Shown here: piece after piece, positions 18,072-28,779 of the stretch
How positions within the stretch are numbered: position 1 is the stretch's first letter
Layout: the number at the start of each line of letters is the position of its first letter
Source of the DNA: a virus
Length of the DNA stretch: 64,000 bases
IMG/VR virus record: IMGVR_UViG_3300045988_106448
Strand: one strand, 5' to 3'
The notes under the pieces: model-generated
Databases searched by the model: none
What the model saw: only the letters and a program-made list of their open reading frames with translations
Told to the model about the DNA's origin: nothing
Program-made: the position numbers and the translations under genes

Positions 18072-20048
18072 ATGAAAAAGTCAGAAATAAAAGAATTACG
18101 TGAAACTTTGATAGGGCTAAACGAAGCCTATCGGGAAGGCGAACCATTGGTATCAGATTTAGAATATGATGCGCTCGTGGAGCAGTTGCGTGACGCATCT
18201 CCTAACGATGAGTTTTTCACTAAAGGTATTGTCGAAGAGGCTACCGATCGCATGGAGAAGTTACCGTTACCCATGTACAGTCTTGAAAAGATAAAGACTA
18301 TTAAAGACCTGTGCAAGTGGTTACAAAAGATGAAGGCTGCTGGGAGCGAAATGGTTGTGTTGATGCCCAAGTTTGACGGGATCAGTTTATTATGTAATGA
18401 AACTGATTCTGGAATGTTTCAAGCATGGACACGTGGCGACGGGGTAGAAGGGCAACGTAGCGACGCTCATTTTTCGCACATGGATAATGGAATATTGGAG
18501 GTTGAACACACATCCATGCACACGTGGGGGGAAGCCATAATGCCCAAGATAACATTTTCGCATTTAAAAGAGAACGCTTCAGATTTTACTTATAAGAACG
18601 CCCGTAATATGGTAGCAGGAATGTTTAATTCTCCTACCGGATGGCAGAACAGTTATATCATGGATGTTGATTACGTTCGTTACGGGTGTGATTTACCAGA
18701 AGACAAGAATCAACAGCTTGTAAAGTTGCGTTCTGAATTTGATAACGTGTCAGATTCAATAGAGGTGGAAATTGACAAGCTGTTGTTAGCCGCCACGAAT
18801 AATTTATTAAGTGATTTCATTGATAACACGGCTTATCCTAGATTCAATAAGAAATACAAGATTGACGGTATCGTGTTTGAAGTGAACGAGTATGCCGTTA
18901 AGGAAAAGCTAGGACGCCTTCCTAACGGCAACCCGGCATACTCCATAGCTTTCAAGCGTGAAGAATGGTGTGACGTGTATCAAACACGTGTTGATCACAT
19001 AGAATACGGGGTTGGTAAAACGGGCGTCATTAACCCAGTTATCATCATAGAGCCGGTAGAGATGGACGGGGCAACCGTTAGCCGGGCAACCGCCTACAAC
19101 ATGAATCAGCTTATGGAGCGGCACATTTGCCGAGGGGCGTTAATTGAAATTATCCGGTCAGGCGACGTTATTCCTAAGCACTTGCAAACGTTAGAGTACA
19201 ACGATTGGCAGTACGAAAAGATGATGGATGAAATAACCGAGTGTCCGTCATGCGGTAAGTTGTTGCATTGGGATGAGAATCATGTACACATGGTTTGTAA
19301 GAACCCCTATTGCAAGGAAAGACGCATCAGTGAAATAGTGTACTTCTTCCGCACGTTAGGGTGTGAAGAGTTTGCAGAACCTACCGTTCGTAAGATGTTT
19401 GATGCCGGGTGGATTACCGAGTTATCAATTCTGGAAGCGTCTAAAGAACAGATGCAAGAACTTTTAGGAGATGCCACGGGGGCAACCGTGTTCGACCAAA
19501 TTGGAAAAGTGGTTAATGGAGGAATTCCATACGCCCGTGTGCTGACAGCCTCTAACGTGTTTGGAGGGGTAATCGCCGAAACGTTGTGTCAAAAAATCAT
19601 TGACGGGTTGCCAGAGGATTATCAACAGTGGTTAGAAACCGGGCTACCGTTAGAAGGGGTTAACGCTCGTCAGCAATTGATAGATGCCATTACTCAAATA
19701 AAGGGTATTGGAGAAGCGTATGCCACGGCATTTGTTCACGGATTACACAAGTTCCTATTGAAACCGTACCGAAGTTTGTTCTTGATTTCCTATTTCTCAA
19801 GCACGGGTGTCGTTCCGGTGGCTGAAAATCAGATGCACGTGTGCATGACCGGGTTTAGAGATAAACAATTGGAGGAAGCGTTGAAAGCCCAAGGACACGT
19901 CGTGTTGAACGGTGTAACCAAGGAATGCGACGTGTTGGTAGTGAAAGACCTGAATAGCACGTCATCCAAAATGACAACCGCTAAACAACGAGGAATCCGA
20001 ATCGTAACTAGGGAGGAGTTTGAACGTGAGATATTGGTACAAAAATAA
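18072..20048 (+). CDS. ligA: NAD+-dependent DNA ligase (LigA)
   Basis: N-terminal Ia domain SDLEYDAL, adenylation KFDGISL (KxDG), Cys4 Zn finger CPSCGK...CKNPYC, HhH region, C-terminal BRCT-like. Confidence 0.85.
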   Translation: MKKSEIKELRETLIGLNEAYREGEPLVSDLEYDALVEQLRDASPNDEFFTKGIVEEATDRMEKLPLPMYSLEKIKTIKDLCKWLQKMKAAGSEMVVLMPKFDGISLLCNETDSGMFQAWTRGDGVEGQRSDAHFSHMDNGILEVEHTSMHTWGEAIMPKITFSHLKENASDFTYKNARNMVAGMFNSPTGWQNSYIMDVDYVRYGCDLPEDKNQQLVKLRSEFDNVSDSIEVEIDKLLLAATNNLLSDFIDNTAYPRFNKKYKIDGIVFEVNEYAVKEKLGRLPNGNPAYSIAFKREEWCDVYQTRVDHIEYGVGKTGVINPVIIIEPVEMDGATVSRATAYNMNQLMERHICRGALIEIIRSGDVIPKHLQTLEYNDWQYEKMMDEITECPSCGKLLHWDENHVHMVCKNPYCKERRISEIVYFFRTLGCEEFAEPTVRKMFDAGWITELSILEASKEQMQELLGDATGATVFDQIGKVVNGGIPYARVLTASNVFGGVIAETLCQKIIDGLPEDYQQWLETGLPLEGVNARQQLIDAITQIKGIGEAYATAFVHGLHKFLLKPYRSLFLISYFSSTGVVPVAENQMHVCMTGFRDKQLEEALKAQGHVVLNGVTKECDVLVVKDLNSTSSKMTTAKQRGIRIVTREEFEREILVQK

Positions 20049-21687
20049 GAATTATTTTCACGTCGGTTTCGACTACGATGCCGCCCTCGTGCAACAGGTA
20101 AAAAAGTTCACGGGGGCGCAATACAATCCGGCGAATAGAGAATGGTCAGTTCCATTCTCTTTATCCGTTTTAGCCCCGTTTAAAAAATGGCTAGAGGAAA
20201 ACGGGTTTACCGAGGGCGTTGTTTACCGACCCTCACAGCGTGTTTTAGAGTACCAAGAGCCGGAGGCTGTAATTACCCCGGAGGATGTGTTGCAAGCCTG
20301 TAAAGAGATCGGTTTGACCCGTACACCACGGTATTACCAAGCCGAGGGCGTTGCCTACATGATTAATCACGGTAATTGTATTAACGGGGACGACTGTGGG
20401 TTGGGGAAGACGGCACAGCAAATAATCACCATTGAATTGTTGAACGCTTTTCCGGCTCTTATTATCGTTCCGGCTTCGGTGAAATACAACTGGAAGAAGG
20501 AATGGGCTAAGTGGAATCCAAATCGAACCGTGGGGGTAATAGATAGTAAGAAACGCAAGAACGCCCCCGATCCGTGGTCGAATGACGTGGTAGTTATCAA
20601 TTATGACATATTGGGAGAAAGGGGTTTGGACACTCCTAAAGCCAAGCACCCCCAACTTCTCAAGAAATATTGGGGTGCCTGCGCTTTTGATGAGATTCAC
20701 TTTCTAAAGTCAGAGAAGGCGTTGAGAACTAAAATGGCTAAGAAGATAGCCGCCAAGATAGAGAACGTGTGGGGGCTTACCGGAACTCTTACCCAGAAAC
20801 GCCCGGCTGATCTTATACAACCGTTTAAGATAATACGGCGGTTTAAAGATATATTCGGGGATTCCATGGAATTCAAATTCAGATATTGCAACGCCAAGAA
20901 AACCATATACGGGTTTGATATTAGCGGGTTCAGTAATCTTGAAGAACTCCACGAATTGTTACGCATGGGTGGGTATATACGGCGTAACAAACGAGATGTG
21001 CTTGACGAGTTACCACCGTTAGTCACGACAACGATAGATGCTCCTATTTCTAATTTGAAAGAATACAAGAAAGCCGAAGATGACCTCGTTGCTTATTTGG
21101 AGAAGATAGATATCAACAAGGCTAACAGTGCCATAAACGCCCCGCATCTGGTGATGATGCAAACGTTGAAACGGCTTAGTGTGGAAGGCAAAATGAAATT
21201 CGTGGAGGGGTACATTAAGGATTGGCTCGAAGCCAACGAGGATAGCCCGTTGCTCGTGTTCGGGGTGCATAGGGAACCATTGCAACGTTTGGCAGCCATG
21301 TTTAAAGCCCCGGTAATACAAGGGGGAGTAGACGGTAAGAAGAAGCAGCAAATAGTAGATGAATTCAGTCAAGGGAAACATCGAGTTCTATTTGCCAACA
21401 TCAAGTCGGCGGGCACGGGTACGGATGGTCTTCAGGAAAATTGTAGCAACCTCCTATATATAGAACTTCCAGATTCCTATTCAGATATAGAACAGGTTAA
21501 TTCCCGGTTGGAGCGTATGGGGCAAAAGGGCAGCATTAACGTTACCCGTCTTCTATGCCCGGACACCATAGACGTTCAGATGAATGAAATGATGACTGAT
21601 AAGAGTTTAGTTATGGGAGTTATAAACCGAGGGGAGAGTGAAAACGTATTGTTATTGCACAAGATATTAAAAAGCAAACAGAAATGA
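20020..21687 (+). CDS. SNF2-family DEAD/H helicase
   Basis: YQAEGVAYMI...GDDCGLGKTAQ (motif I), DEIHFLKS (motif II), C-terminal helicase motifs. Confidence 0.75.
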   Translation: MNVRYWYKNKNYFHVGFDYDAALVQQVKKFTGAQYNPANREWSVPFSLSVLAPFKKWLEENGFTEGVVYRPSQRVLEYQEPEAVITPEDVLQACKEIGLTRTPRYYQAEGVAYMINHGNCINGDDCGLGKTAQQIITIELLNAFPALIIVPASVKYNWKKEWAKWNPNRTVGVIDSKKRKNAPDPWSNDVVVINYDILGERGLDTPKAKHPQLLKKYWGACAFDEIHFLKSEKALRTKMAKKIAAKIENVWGLTGTLTQKRPADLIQPFKIIRRFKDIFGDSMEFKFRYCNAKKTIYGFDISGFSNLEELHELLRMGGYIRRNKRDVLDELPPLVTTTIDAPISNLKEYKKAEDDLVAYLEKIDINKANSAINAPHLVMMQTLKRLSVEGKMKFVEGYIKDWLEANEDSPLLVFGVHREPLQRLAAMFKAPVIQGGVDGKKKQQIVDEFSQGKHRVLFANIKSAGTGTDGLQENCSNLLYIELPDSYSDIEQVNSRLERMGQKGSINVTRLLCPDTIDVQMNEMMTDKSLVMGVINRGESENVLLLHKILKSKQK

Positions 21688-21712
21688 CACAACAAATAAA
21701 AACGATTTAGTT

Positions 21713-21922
21713 ATGGTGTACGAAAAAGGAGAACTAATAAAACTTGTCATAGATGGTCGATCTATGATGGTAGAACTTAAATCTTGCTTGGTAGCGGAAA
21801 TACACGCACAGCAAGTGCATCCTATTGAAGAAACTACGGAACAGAAACAACCGGAGGCGATTGACCCCAACGCCAACAATGCGGATTTCAATCAATTCCT
21901 AAAACGTAATGGACTCGCCTAG
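21713..21922 (+). CDS. hypothetical small protein
   Basis: ORF only. Confidence 0.3.
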   Translation: MVYEKGELIKLVIDGRSMMVELKSCLVAEIHAQQVHPIEETTEQKQPEAIDPNANNADFNQFLKRNGLA

Positions 21923-22610
21923 TCGGGTAACGATATGGACGGACGGTAGTTGTACCACCAAGGGGGATCGCCGTGGGGGCTACGGGGTTTATTGCGTTTA
22001 CGACGATACTGAAATTACCGTTCGACACGGGTTCTGGAATACCACCACTTCCCGTATGGAAATGATGGCGTTGTTAGAAGCGGTTAGTATGATCAATCCG
22101 ATCGTTCCTACTGATGTTACCGTGTACAGTGATAGCCAATTCGTGGTAAACGCTTTTAACGAGGGGTGGCTCAAGAAGTGGAAGTTGATTTGTTGGAGCG
22201 GGGTGAAGAATAGGGAATTGTGGCAGCAAATTGACGCCACTATAACGGCACGCCCCCACATGAAACTCACGATGGTATGGCTGCGGGGGCACGGTTCAAA
22301 TCTTGAGGATGATATCGTGTTCGGTAACAACGTGGCGGATGCTCTTGCTAATTATAAGGATCAGGAGAAGTGGGAACAGGATTTGGATTTGGTGGGGTAC
22401 AGTTGGTTTCATCATGCGAGTTCAGATTGCGTGTTCATAGAAAAGACCAACCGATACGAAGAGATGAACAAAATGGGGGATGTTGTTCCATTGGGCAAAT
22501 GCAAGCGGGCAACGTTTGAAGAATTGTTTGACGTGGTAAATGGAACCTTTCTATTCGAATCGTTTTACAATGGCACGTTAACGATTGATTACACCGTTAA
22601 AAATATTTAG
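21909..22610 (+). CDS. rnhA: Ribonuclease H (RNase HI family)
   Basis: IWTDGSC...GGYG, SRMEMMALLEA, VYSDSQFVVN, WLRGHGSNLEDDIVFGNNVADALA (D-E-D-D). Confidence 0.8.
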   Translation: MDSPSRVTIWTDGSCTTKGDRRGGYGVYCVYDDTEITVRHGFWNTTTSRMEMMALLEAVSMINPIVPTDVTVYSDSQFVVNAFNEGWLKKWKLICWSGVKNRELWQQIDATITARPHMKLTMVWLRGHGSNLEDDIVFGNNVADALANYKDQEKWEQDLDLVGYSWFHHASSDCVFIEKTNRYEEMNKMGDVVPLGKCKRATFEELFDVVNGTFLFESFYNGTLTIDYTVKNI

Positions 22611-24072
22611 TATGGCAGAATTAGACAAGTATAAACAGGCGATAGTGGATTGCTATCGAAATACTAACAAGAATATATTTGTTAGTGCGACGGCGGGGTC
22701 AGGAAAGACGTTTACCTTGTGTCAGTTAGCGAAGATAACCCCTCCTATCAAGTCATTGATATTTCTGGCGTTTAACAAGTCAATAGCGGAAGAATTGGCT
22801 CAACGTTTACCACGTACCGTGAAATCTTCCACGTTGCATTCATGCGCTCTGTCTTCATTGCGTTCAGCGTTTAAAATGGATTTCGTGTTGAGTGAAGCCA
22901 AGAATTATAACATGGCGATGGAACAAATACGGTTTCCCGGTATTCATCGTAAGCGTTTGCCGGGCGTTATAATGAAGGTATGCAAGTTGTATGATTTGAT
23001 GCGTTTCAACCTCTCTAGCGATCTCGTAGAGGATAATATTGCGTTAGGTGAACGTTACGGTTTAGACGTTGACGAACTGATCGCACAGAAGGCGGTAGAG
23101 CTCCGTAACCTTAATAATAGGATAGCCGATCAATACTTTGACGGTGGGTGCCGGGGTAAACTCGTGATTGATTTCACCGATATGCTTGATTTGGCTGTGC
23201 GTTACATAGATGATAAGGATTTCAAACAGTACAATATCGTAATGTGTGATGAGATTCAGGATATATCGCCGTTACAGTACGCACTGATAAGAAAGCTGAA
23301 AACACCACGGGGGCGTTTGATAGGAGTGGGAGACCCGAAGCAAAGTATTTATAGTTTCATGGGTAGTAATCTAGATTCACTTCATGCCATACGTACCGCT
23401 CCTAACACGGTGGAACTTCCGTTATCAATGACTTACCGTTGCGCTCGAGCCATTGTGGATGAAGCTAACAAGGTATTTCCAGACAGTATAGAGGCGGCAC
23501 CGGGGGCGAACAAGGGAGCTATTATGGAAGGGAAGGTATCAGATGCGTTGGAAGGGGATTTCGTGTTATGCCGCAATAACGCCCCGCTCGTAGACGCTTT
23601 TATAACGTTGCTTCGACAAGGTAAGAAATGCAGTATTTTAGGGAAGGAATACGGCGATGAATTGGTCTCCCTAATAGACAGTGTTGACGATATTCTAGAT
23701 TTTGAGGATATGCTGAATAACCTCGAAGCCAAGTTAGCACGTAAAGGTATAAAGAACCCTACACGTTGCGAAGTGTACGATAAGTTGGAAGATAAAGTAA
23801 ACGTGTTGATTAGCCTGTACGAATACTTTGGTAGTCTTGAAATAGTACGTAGGAAAATTTACGATATTTTCGTGGAAAACAATACTAGTAAAGGAATCAC
23901 TCTTTCAACTATTCATAAATCGAAAGGTTTGGAGGCTAAACGTGTATTCTTCCTGAGACCCGATTTGCTTCCTAGCCCCTATGCGGTAACGGAGTTGGAA
24001 CAATACGCTGAAAAATGTTTGCGTTTTGTAGCTGTAACGAGGGCAAAAGAGTCCCTCATTTATTGTGAATAA
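22585..24072 (+). CDS. UvrD/PcrA-like SF1 DNA helicase
   Basis: FVSATAGSGKTFTL (Walker A), IVMCDEIQD, YSFMGS, LSTIHKSKGLEAKRVF. Confidence 0.75.
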   Translation: MITPLKIFSMAELDKYKQAIVDCYRNTNKNIFVSATAGSGKTFTLCQLAKITPPIKSLIFLAFNKSIAEELAQRLPRTVKSSTLHSCALSSLRSAFKMDFVLSEAKNYNMAMEQIRFPGIHRKRLPGVIMKVCKLYDLMRFNLSSDLVEDNIALGERYGLDVDELIAQKAVELRNLNNRIADQYFDGGCRGKLVIDFTDMLDLAVRYIDDKDFKQYNIVMCDEIQDISPLQYALIRKLKTPRGRLIGVGDPKQSIYSFMGSNLDSLHAIRTAPNTVELPLSMTYRCARAIVDEANKVFPDSIEAAPGANKGAIMEGKVSDALEGDFVLCRNNAPLVDAFITLLRQGKKCSILGKEYGDELVSLIDSVDDILDFEDMLNNLEAKLARKGIKNPTRCEVYDKLEDKVNVLISLYEYFGSLEIVRRKIYDIFVENNTSKGITLSTIHKSKGLEAKRVFFLRPDLLPSPYAVTELEQYAEKCLRFVAVTRAKESLIYCE

Positions 24073-24097
24073 GTTATAAAAGTTAGATATAATAATT

Positions 24098-24523
24098 ATG
24101 GAAAAAGTAGAAAAGCAAACCCCGGCGGATTTATTCGTGATGATCCCAAGGGTGAAACAAATTACACGGGAGAAGAGTAAAACGACTTTCACACTGCTGA
24201 AATGTGCCAACATTCCACAATTCGAAGGTGTCCTTCCTACTAAGGAAATTTTACAAACCCATTTTGCAACCCAACGGGTGAAAATGGAGATTGCCAAAAG
24301 GGATAAAACAGAATACATACCTCAACCCTTGTATCTTGAAATAGAAAGTGGTATATTTGTAGAGTTAATGGAAGCCATTAACAAAAAACAACCACAATTT
24401 AAATCAGCAAGTGACGGGCATAGTATTTGTTTAACTTTAGGAAATAATATGCCGTGTTGCATAATGCTTCCCCAACAGGAAGCAAAAGAAGTTTGTAATG
24501 AACCTTTAAAAGAAGAAGAATGA
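24098..24523 (+). CDS. hypothetical protein
   Basis: ORF only. Confidence 0.35.
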   Translation: MEKVEKQTPADLFVMIPRVKQITREKSKTTFTLLKCANIPQFEGVLPTKEILQTHFATQRVKMEIAKRDKTEYIPQPLYLEIESGIFVELMEAINKKQPQFKSASDGHSICLTLGNNMPCCIMLPQQEAKEVCNEPLKEEE

Positions 24524-26865
24524 TTACAGTAGACAGTAGACCCACCGTGGGAGAGTATATCTTTTTAAGCAAGTATTCTCAGACCTTTGGTGGTAAAAAG
24601 GAAACATGGAACCAAGCGGTTAACCGGGTTATGAATATGCACGTCAAGCAATATCGTAACCGGATAAAGCCGCAAGATATGCCCGAATTTTTAAGCCTGT
24701 TCGAAAAGGCTTATAAACTGTACCACGATCAGCGCATTCTGGGGGCGCAACGTGCGTTGCAATACGGGGGTGAGTTAATGACCGAGAAGGTCGCTCGTTT
24801 TTACAATTGCACGATGTCCCATTGTAACCGGGTAGAATTCTTTGAGGAAGCCATGTATCTCCTATTATGCGGTTGCGGGGTTGGGTATAGCGTGCAGAAG
24901 AAACACACCGAACAGCTACCCGTGCCGAAAGGATTTAACCATACCGTTCCAAACGAAAAAGTTGTATGTCCTGACACCATAGAAGGATGGGCGATGTGCG
25001 TGGGCACGTTGATGAAGGCGTATTACTACGGTGATGCCGAACCTGACTTTGACCTTTCCCTAATTAGGAAGAAAGGGGCTTACATACGTGGGGGATTTCG
25101 TGCTCCAGGACCGGAACCTCTTCGTCAGGCTTTGGATAAAATGAAAAGTATCTTAGTGAAGATCAAGGGGCGCAAGCTAACACCGTTTGAACTCCACTAT
25201 TTGATTTGCATATTTGCCGATAGTGTTGTGACCGGGGGCGTGCGTCGTAGTGCGATGATAGCCTTGTTTGACGCCGATGATAACGAGATGGCTACGTGCA
25301 AGACGGGCAGTTGGATGAATGAAAAGAAAGAATTATGCCGTAGCAATAATTCGGCTGTGATTCTTCCTAACACGCCCAAAGAATTGTTTGATAAAATATT
25401 CAAATCCACCAAGGCATACGGGGAACCGGGCTTCGTGTTCTTGGATGATCCAGATTACGCCGTGAATCCCTGTGGGGAAGTTGCCACCCTACCCATGTTC
25501 TTCGATCAGGAAACCTGTGAATGGAAGTCCGGTTGGGGATTCTGTAACCTTGCGGAAATCAACGGGGGTAAAGTTAAAACGGTGAAAGACTTCCATGAAG
25601 CCTGTGAAGCCGCCGCCGTGATATGCACGTTGCAGGCAGGTTACACGAATTTCAAGGTATTGTCACGGTGGTCACAGAAGATTGCCGAGCGTGATGCCCT
25701 CATTGGAGTGGGAATCACGGGGTTATGTGAGAATCCAGACATTTTATTTGATCCGGACGTTCAGCGTGAAGGGGCTGAAATCGTGGTGGCGACTAACAAG
25801 AAAGTGGCAGAACTTATCGGCATTAACCCGGCGGCACGATGCACGGTAGTGAAGCCGTCCGGTAATAGTTCACAATTGTTAGGAACTCTATCTGGGATAA
25901 CACCGGGGCACGCACGTCATTACATTCGGCACGTGCAAGCCGCCGATACGGAACAGGCGTTGCAAGCGTGGGAAGAAACCAATCCAGAATGCGTTGAACC
26001 TAGCGCATGGGCACCCGACCGAGAGAAAGTATTGGCGTTCCCCGTTACCCTCCCTAAGAACGCTTTATTGAGAGAAAATCTTTCCGCCGTGGAGTTCTTG
26101 AAGTTGGTGTTATTAACCAAGAACAATTGGATAGAATACGGAACCAACTTCGATCACCCGCAAACTCAGTACAACCCCAAACTTAGAATGAACGTTTCCA
26201 ACACGTGTACCGTTAAGGAACACGAATGGGACGAGGTACGTGAATTCCTGTGGGCACATAAAAGTGAGTTCGGCGGGGTGAGTCTTCTTTCCTACTACGG
26301 TGATTTGGACTACCCGCAAGCCCCTTATACGGAAGTTCTTGATGAACATCAATTGGCTGAACGTTACGGTGCGGGTGCGATTCTTTCAAGTGGTTTAGTA
26401 GTGGATAGTAAAGACGTGTTCAAGGACGTGTGGGAAGCCTGTAACGCTGCGATGGGATTGGCTCCTAAATTGCTTGAACTGACAGACAAGGAGATTAGCG
26501 AGTTCATCGTTAAGCACATCAAGAACGGTAAGTTCCTAATGGAGATTGACGGCGTGTGCTTCTCTGATGTTAATTGCGTGGTGGATCACTTGCGTCACAA
26601 GGTGGAAGCACGTCTGGATTGGATTCGTAGGTTCAACAGTTTCGCAGAGAAATACATGGGTGGAGATCGGCAGTTAACCGCCTACTGTTTGAAACACGTG
26701 AACGCATACCACAAGTGGCAACACATTTGTCGTTTCCAGAAGGTGGACTATTCTAACATAGTTTGGGAGCAACCGTTGAAGGAAGCGGGCAGTGAGATTG
26801 CAGCGGCGTGCAGTGGCGGCGTCTGCGAATTTCTCGCCCCCCCCAGAAGTGAAATAAATTGGTAA
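24520..26865 (+). CDS. nrdJ: Class II (adenosylcobalamin-type) ribonucleotide reductase
   Basis: Active-site NPCGEVATLP...FCNLAEIN; C-terminal Cys pair CSGGVCEF; 781 aa. Confidence 0.7.
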   Translation: MITVDSRPTVGEYIFLSKYSQTFGGKKETWNQAVNRVMNMHVKQYRNRIKPQDMPEFLSLFEKAYKLYHDQRILGAQRALQYGGELMTEKVARFYNCTMSHCNRVEFFEEAMYLLLCGCGVGYSVQKKHTEQLPVPKGFNHTVPNEKVVCPDTIEGWAMCVGTLMKAYYYGDAEPDFDLSLIRKKGAYIRGGFRAPGPEPLRQALDKMKSILVKIKGRKLTPFELHYLICIFADSVVTGGVRRSAMIALFDADDNEMATCKTGSWMNEKKELCRSNNSAVILPNTPKELFDKIFKSTKAYGEPGFVFLDDPDYAVNPCGEVATLPMFFDQETCEWKSGWGFCNLAEINGGKVKTVKDFHEACEAAAVICTLQAGYTNFKVLSRWSQKIAERDALIGVGITGLCENPDILFDPDVQREGAEIVVATNKKVAELIGINPAARCTVVKPSGNSSQLLGTLSGITPGHARHYIRHVQAADTEQALQAWEETNPECVEPSAWAPDREKVLAFPVTLPKNALLRENLSAVEFLKLVLLTKNNWIEYGTNFDHPQTQYNPKLRMNVSNTCTVKEHEWDEVREFLWAHKSEFGGVSLLSYYGDLDYPQAPYTEVLDEHQLAERYGAGAILSSGLVVDSKDVFKDVWEACNAAMGLAPKLLELTDKEISEFIVKHIKNGKFLMEIDGVCFSDVNCVVDHLRHKVEARLDWIRRFNSFAEKYMGGDRQLTAYCLKHVNAYHKWQHICRFQKVDYSNIVWEQPLKEAGSEIAAACSGGVCEFLAPPRSEINW

Positions 26866-26869
26866 TACA

Positions 26870-26891
26870 GGGAACCGGATATCCGGTTCCC
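26870..26891 (+). terminator. perfect 22-bp palindrome hairpin after the reductase gene
   Basis: gggaaccggat|atccggttccc. Confidence 0.4.
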
Positions 26892-26933
26892 ACGTTATAA
26901 TAACACGCAAGACTAATTAAAACGATATAATAA

Positions 26934-28547
26934 ATGGACATTAAAGTATTATTTGACGATTCAGCCCGTGAAGGCTTGTATGAAGGGGTGAAACAAATTA
27001 CCCGTGCCGTGGCTTCTACACTCGGACCGAAAGGACACACGGTTATCATTGATAAAGGTTATGGCATTCCCCACGTGACCAAAGACGGGGTAACGGTGGC
27101 TCGTGCCTTTGATACGGATGACACCGTGGCTCGCATGGGTGCAACCCTCGTTAAGATGGCAGCCGCTAAAACGTGTGACGAAGCCGGAGACGGTACCACT
27201 ACCGCCACCATTCTTACGGAAGCTCTCATACGGTTAGGGATGGAAAAGATGCACCTCGTGAAAAATCCACAACAATTTAAACGAGGAATTGAACGTGCTT
27301 GTGAAGAGGCGGTAGCCTTCATTGACAATTTGAAATATGAAATCGATCCTACGGATTTTACCCGGTTAGAACAAATTGCTACCATTTCAGCGAATGGAGA
27401 CGTGGAGATAGGAAAGGTAATTACCGGGGCTATTCAACAAGTGGGCAACGATGGGATCATCACCGTGGAAGAAGGTGATAACTCTTCTGAGATAACGGTT
27501 GATATCACGACAGGATTCCAATGGTCAAAGGGGCTTGTCAATCCCTATTTCGTAACCGATCGAGAACGTATTGAATGCGTGTTAGACAATCCATACGTTC
27601 TAATACTAGGGCAGAAAGCCAATTACCCGCAAGAAATTCTTCCGGTGGTTCAAACCGTGTACACCGCTAAACGTAGTTTACTTATTGTCGCTCCAGACGC
27701 CTCTAACGACGTCATAAAGTTCCTCGTAACGAACATTGCCAAGGAAAACGGGTTAAAGGCTTGCTTCGTTAAAGCCCCCGGCTATGGACAGGTTCAGAAG
27801 GATATGTTGGAAGACCTAGCCGTGAAGATGGGCGGTAAGGTGGTTGGAGGGGAATCCGCTCAAACCATTGAACAACTAGGTACAGATTGGTTAGGTGAAT
27901 GTGATAGAGCGGTTGTCACCTCTACTCAAACCACCCTAGTTGGAGGGGCGGGTACCGAAGAGGAAATTCAAACCCGTGTCAAGGCTATCAAGAACCAGAT
28001 TGATGACACCTCTAACACCTTTGATAAAGAGAAGTACCGTGAACGCATTAGCAAGTTAACCGGGGGAGCCGCCGTGATACACGTTGGAGCCACTAGCGAG
28101 GTTGAGATGAAGGAACGCAAAGACCGAGTAGACGATGCCATAGCCGCCACACGTGCAGCCATTGACGAGGGCTACGTGCCGGGTGGAGGTATGATGCCAT
28201 ATCAGGCAGCACAATATCTAACGGGTTGGACAACCAATACCACGGAGGATGAACGTGTGGGAATTGAAGTGGTAATCGGGGCTTTACGTGCACCTTTCCG
28301 TCAATTGTGCATGAATGCCGGGGTAAACCCTGATAAATACGAAGCGGTAATAGAAACCAAAATCGGAAGTGAGTGGCGCAAGGGGATTGACTTTTCTTCC
28401 ATGTGCATCGTGAATTTGTTTGAGATTGGGGTAATTGACCCCGTTAAGGTTACACGCCTTGCGTTGCAGAACGCCGTGAGCGTTGCCATACAGTTCCTAA
28501 ATACTTCGTGTGTTATGGCTGAGCCGCCTAAAGACAAGAAGTCATGA
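26934..28547 (+). CDS. groEL: GroEL/Hsp60 chaperonin
   Basis: AREGLYEGVKQITRAVASTLGPKGHTVII..., GDGTTTATILTEAL; full-length 537 aa. Confidence 0.9.
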   Translation: MDIKVLFDDSAREGLYEGVKQITRAVASTLGPKGHTVIIDKGYGIPHVTKDGVTVARAFDTDDTVARMGATLVKMAAAKTCDEAGDGTTTATILTEALIRLGMEKMHLVKNPQQFKRGIERACEEAVAFIDNLKYEIDPTDFTRLEQIATISANGDVEIGKVITGAIQQVGNDGIITVEEGDNSSEITVDITTGFQWSKGLVNPYFVTDRERIECVLDNPYVLILGQKANYPQEILPVVQTVYTAKRSLLIVAPDASNDVIKFLVTNIAKENGLKACFVKAPGYGQVQKDMLEDLAVKMGGKVVGGESAQTIEQLGTDWLGECDRAVVTSTQTTLVGGAGTEEEIQTRVKAIKNQIDDTSNTFDKEKYRERISKLTGGAAVIHVGATSEVEMKERKDRVDDAIAATRAAIDEGYVPGGGMMPYQAAQYLTGWTTNTTEDERVGIEVVIGALRAPFRQLCMNAGVNPDKYEAVIETKIGSEWRKGIDFSSMCIVNLFEIGVIDPVKVTRLALQNAVSVAIQFLNTSCVMAEPPKDKKS

Positions 28548-28768
28548 GCCAAAAACAAATCGGACCGGGAGACATTTGTCGTATCCGCCACAATGAAAGC
28601 GGACACCACTTTCCTGAAAACACGTTAGTGGTAGTGAAAGAATGCTACCCACGGTTTTCAGAGTTTCCCACCCGGTTCAAGGTGGCAACTCGTAAAGAAT
28701 GGTGGTACGTGGTATTAGAAGATTTAACCCTATTTGCCAAAAACAAAGATGAAGATGGCGAATACTAA
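28544..28768 (+). CDS. hypothetical protein (not GroES-like)
   Basis: ORF only. Confidence 0.35.
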   Translation: MSQKQIGPGDICRIRHNESGHHFPENTLVVVKECYPRFSEFPTRFKVATRKEWWYVVLEDLTLFAKNKDEDGEY

Positions 28769-28779
28769 ACAAAAAGATT

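Noticed and set aside
28544-28768. GroES co-chaperonin downstream of GroEL
   Set aside because: The 74-aa product lacks the mobile-loop and beta-barrel signature of GroES.
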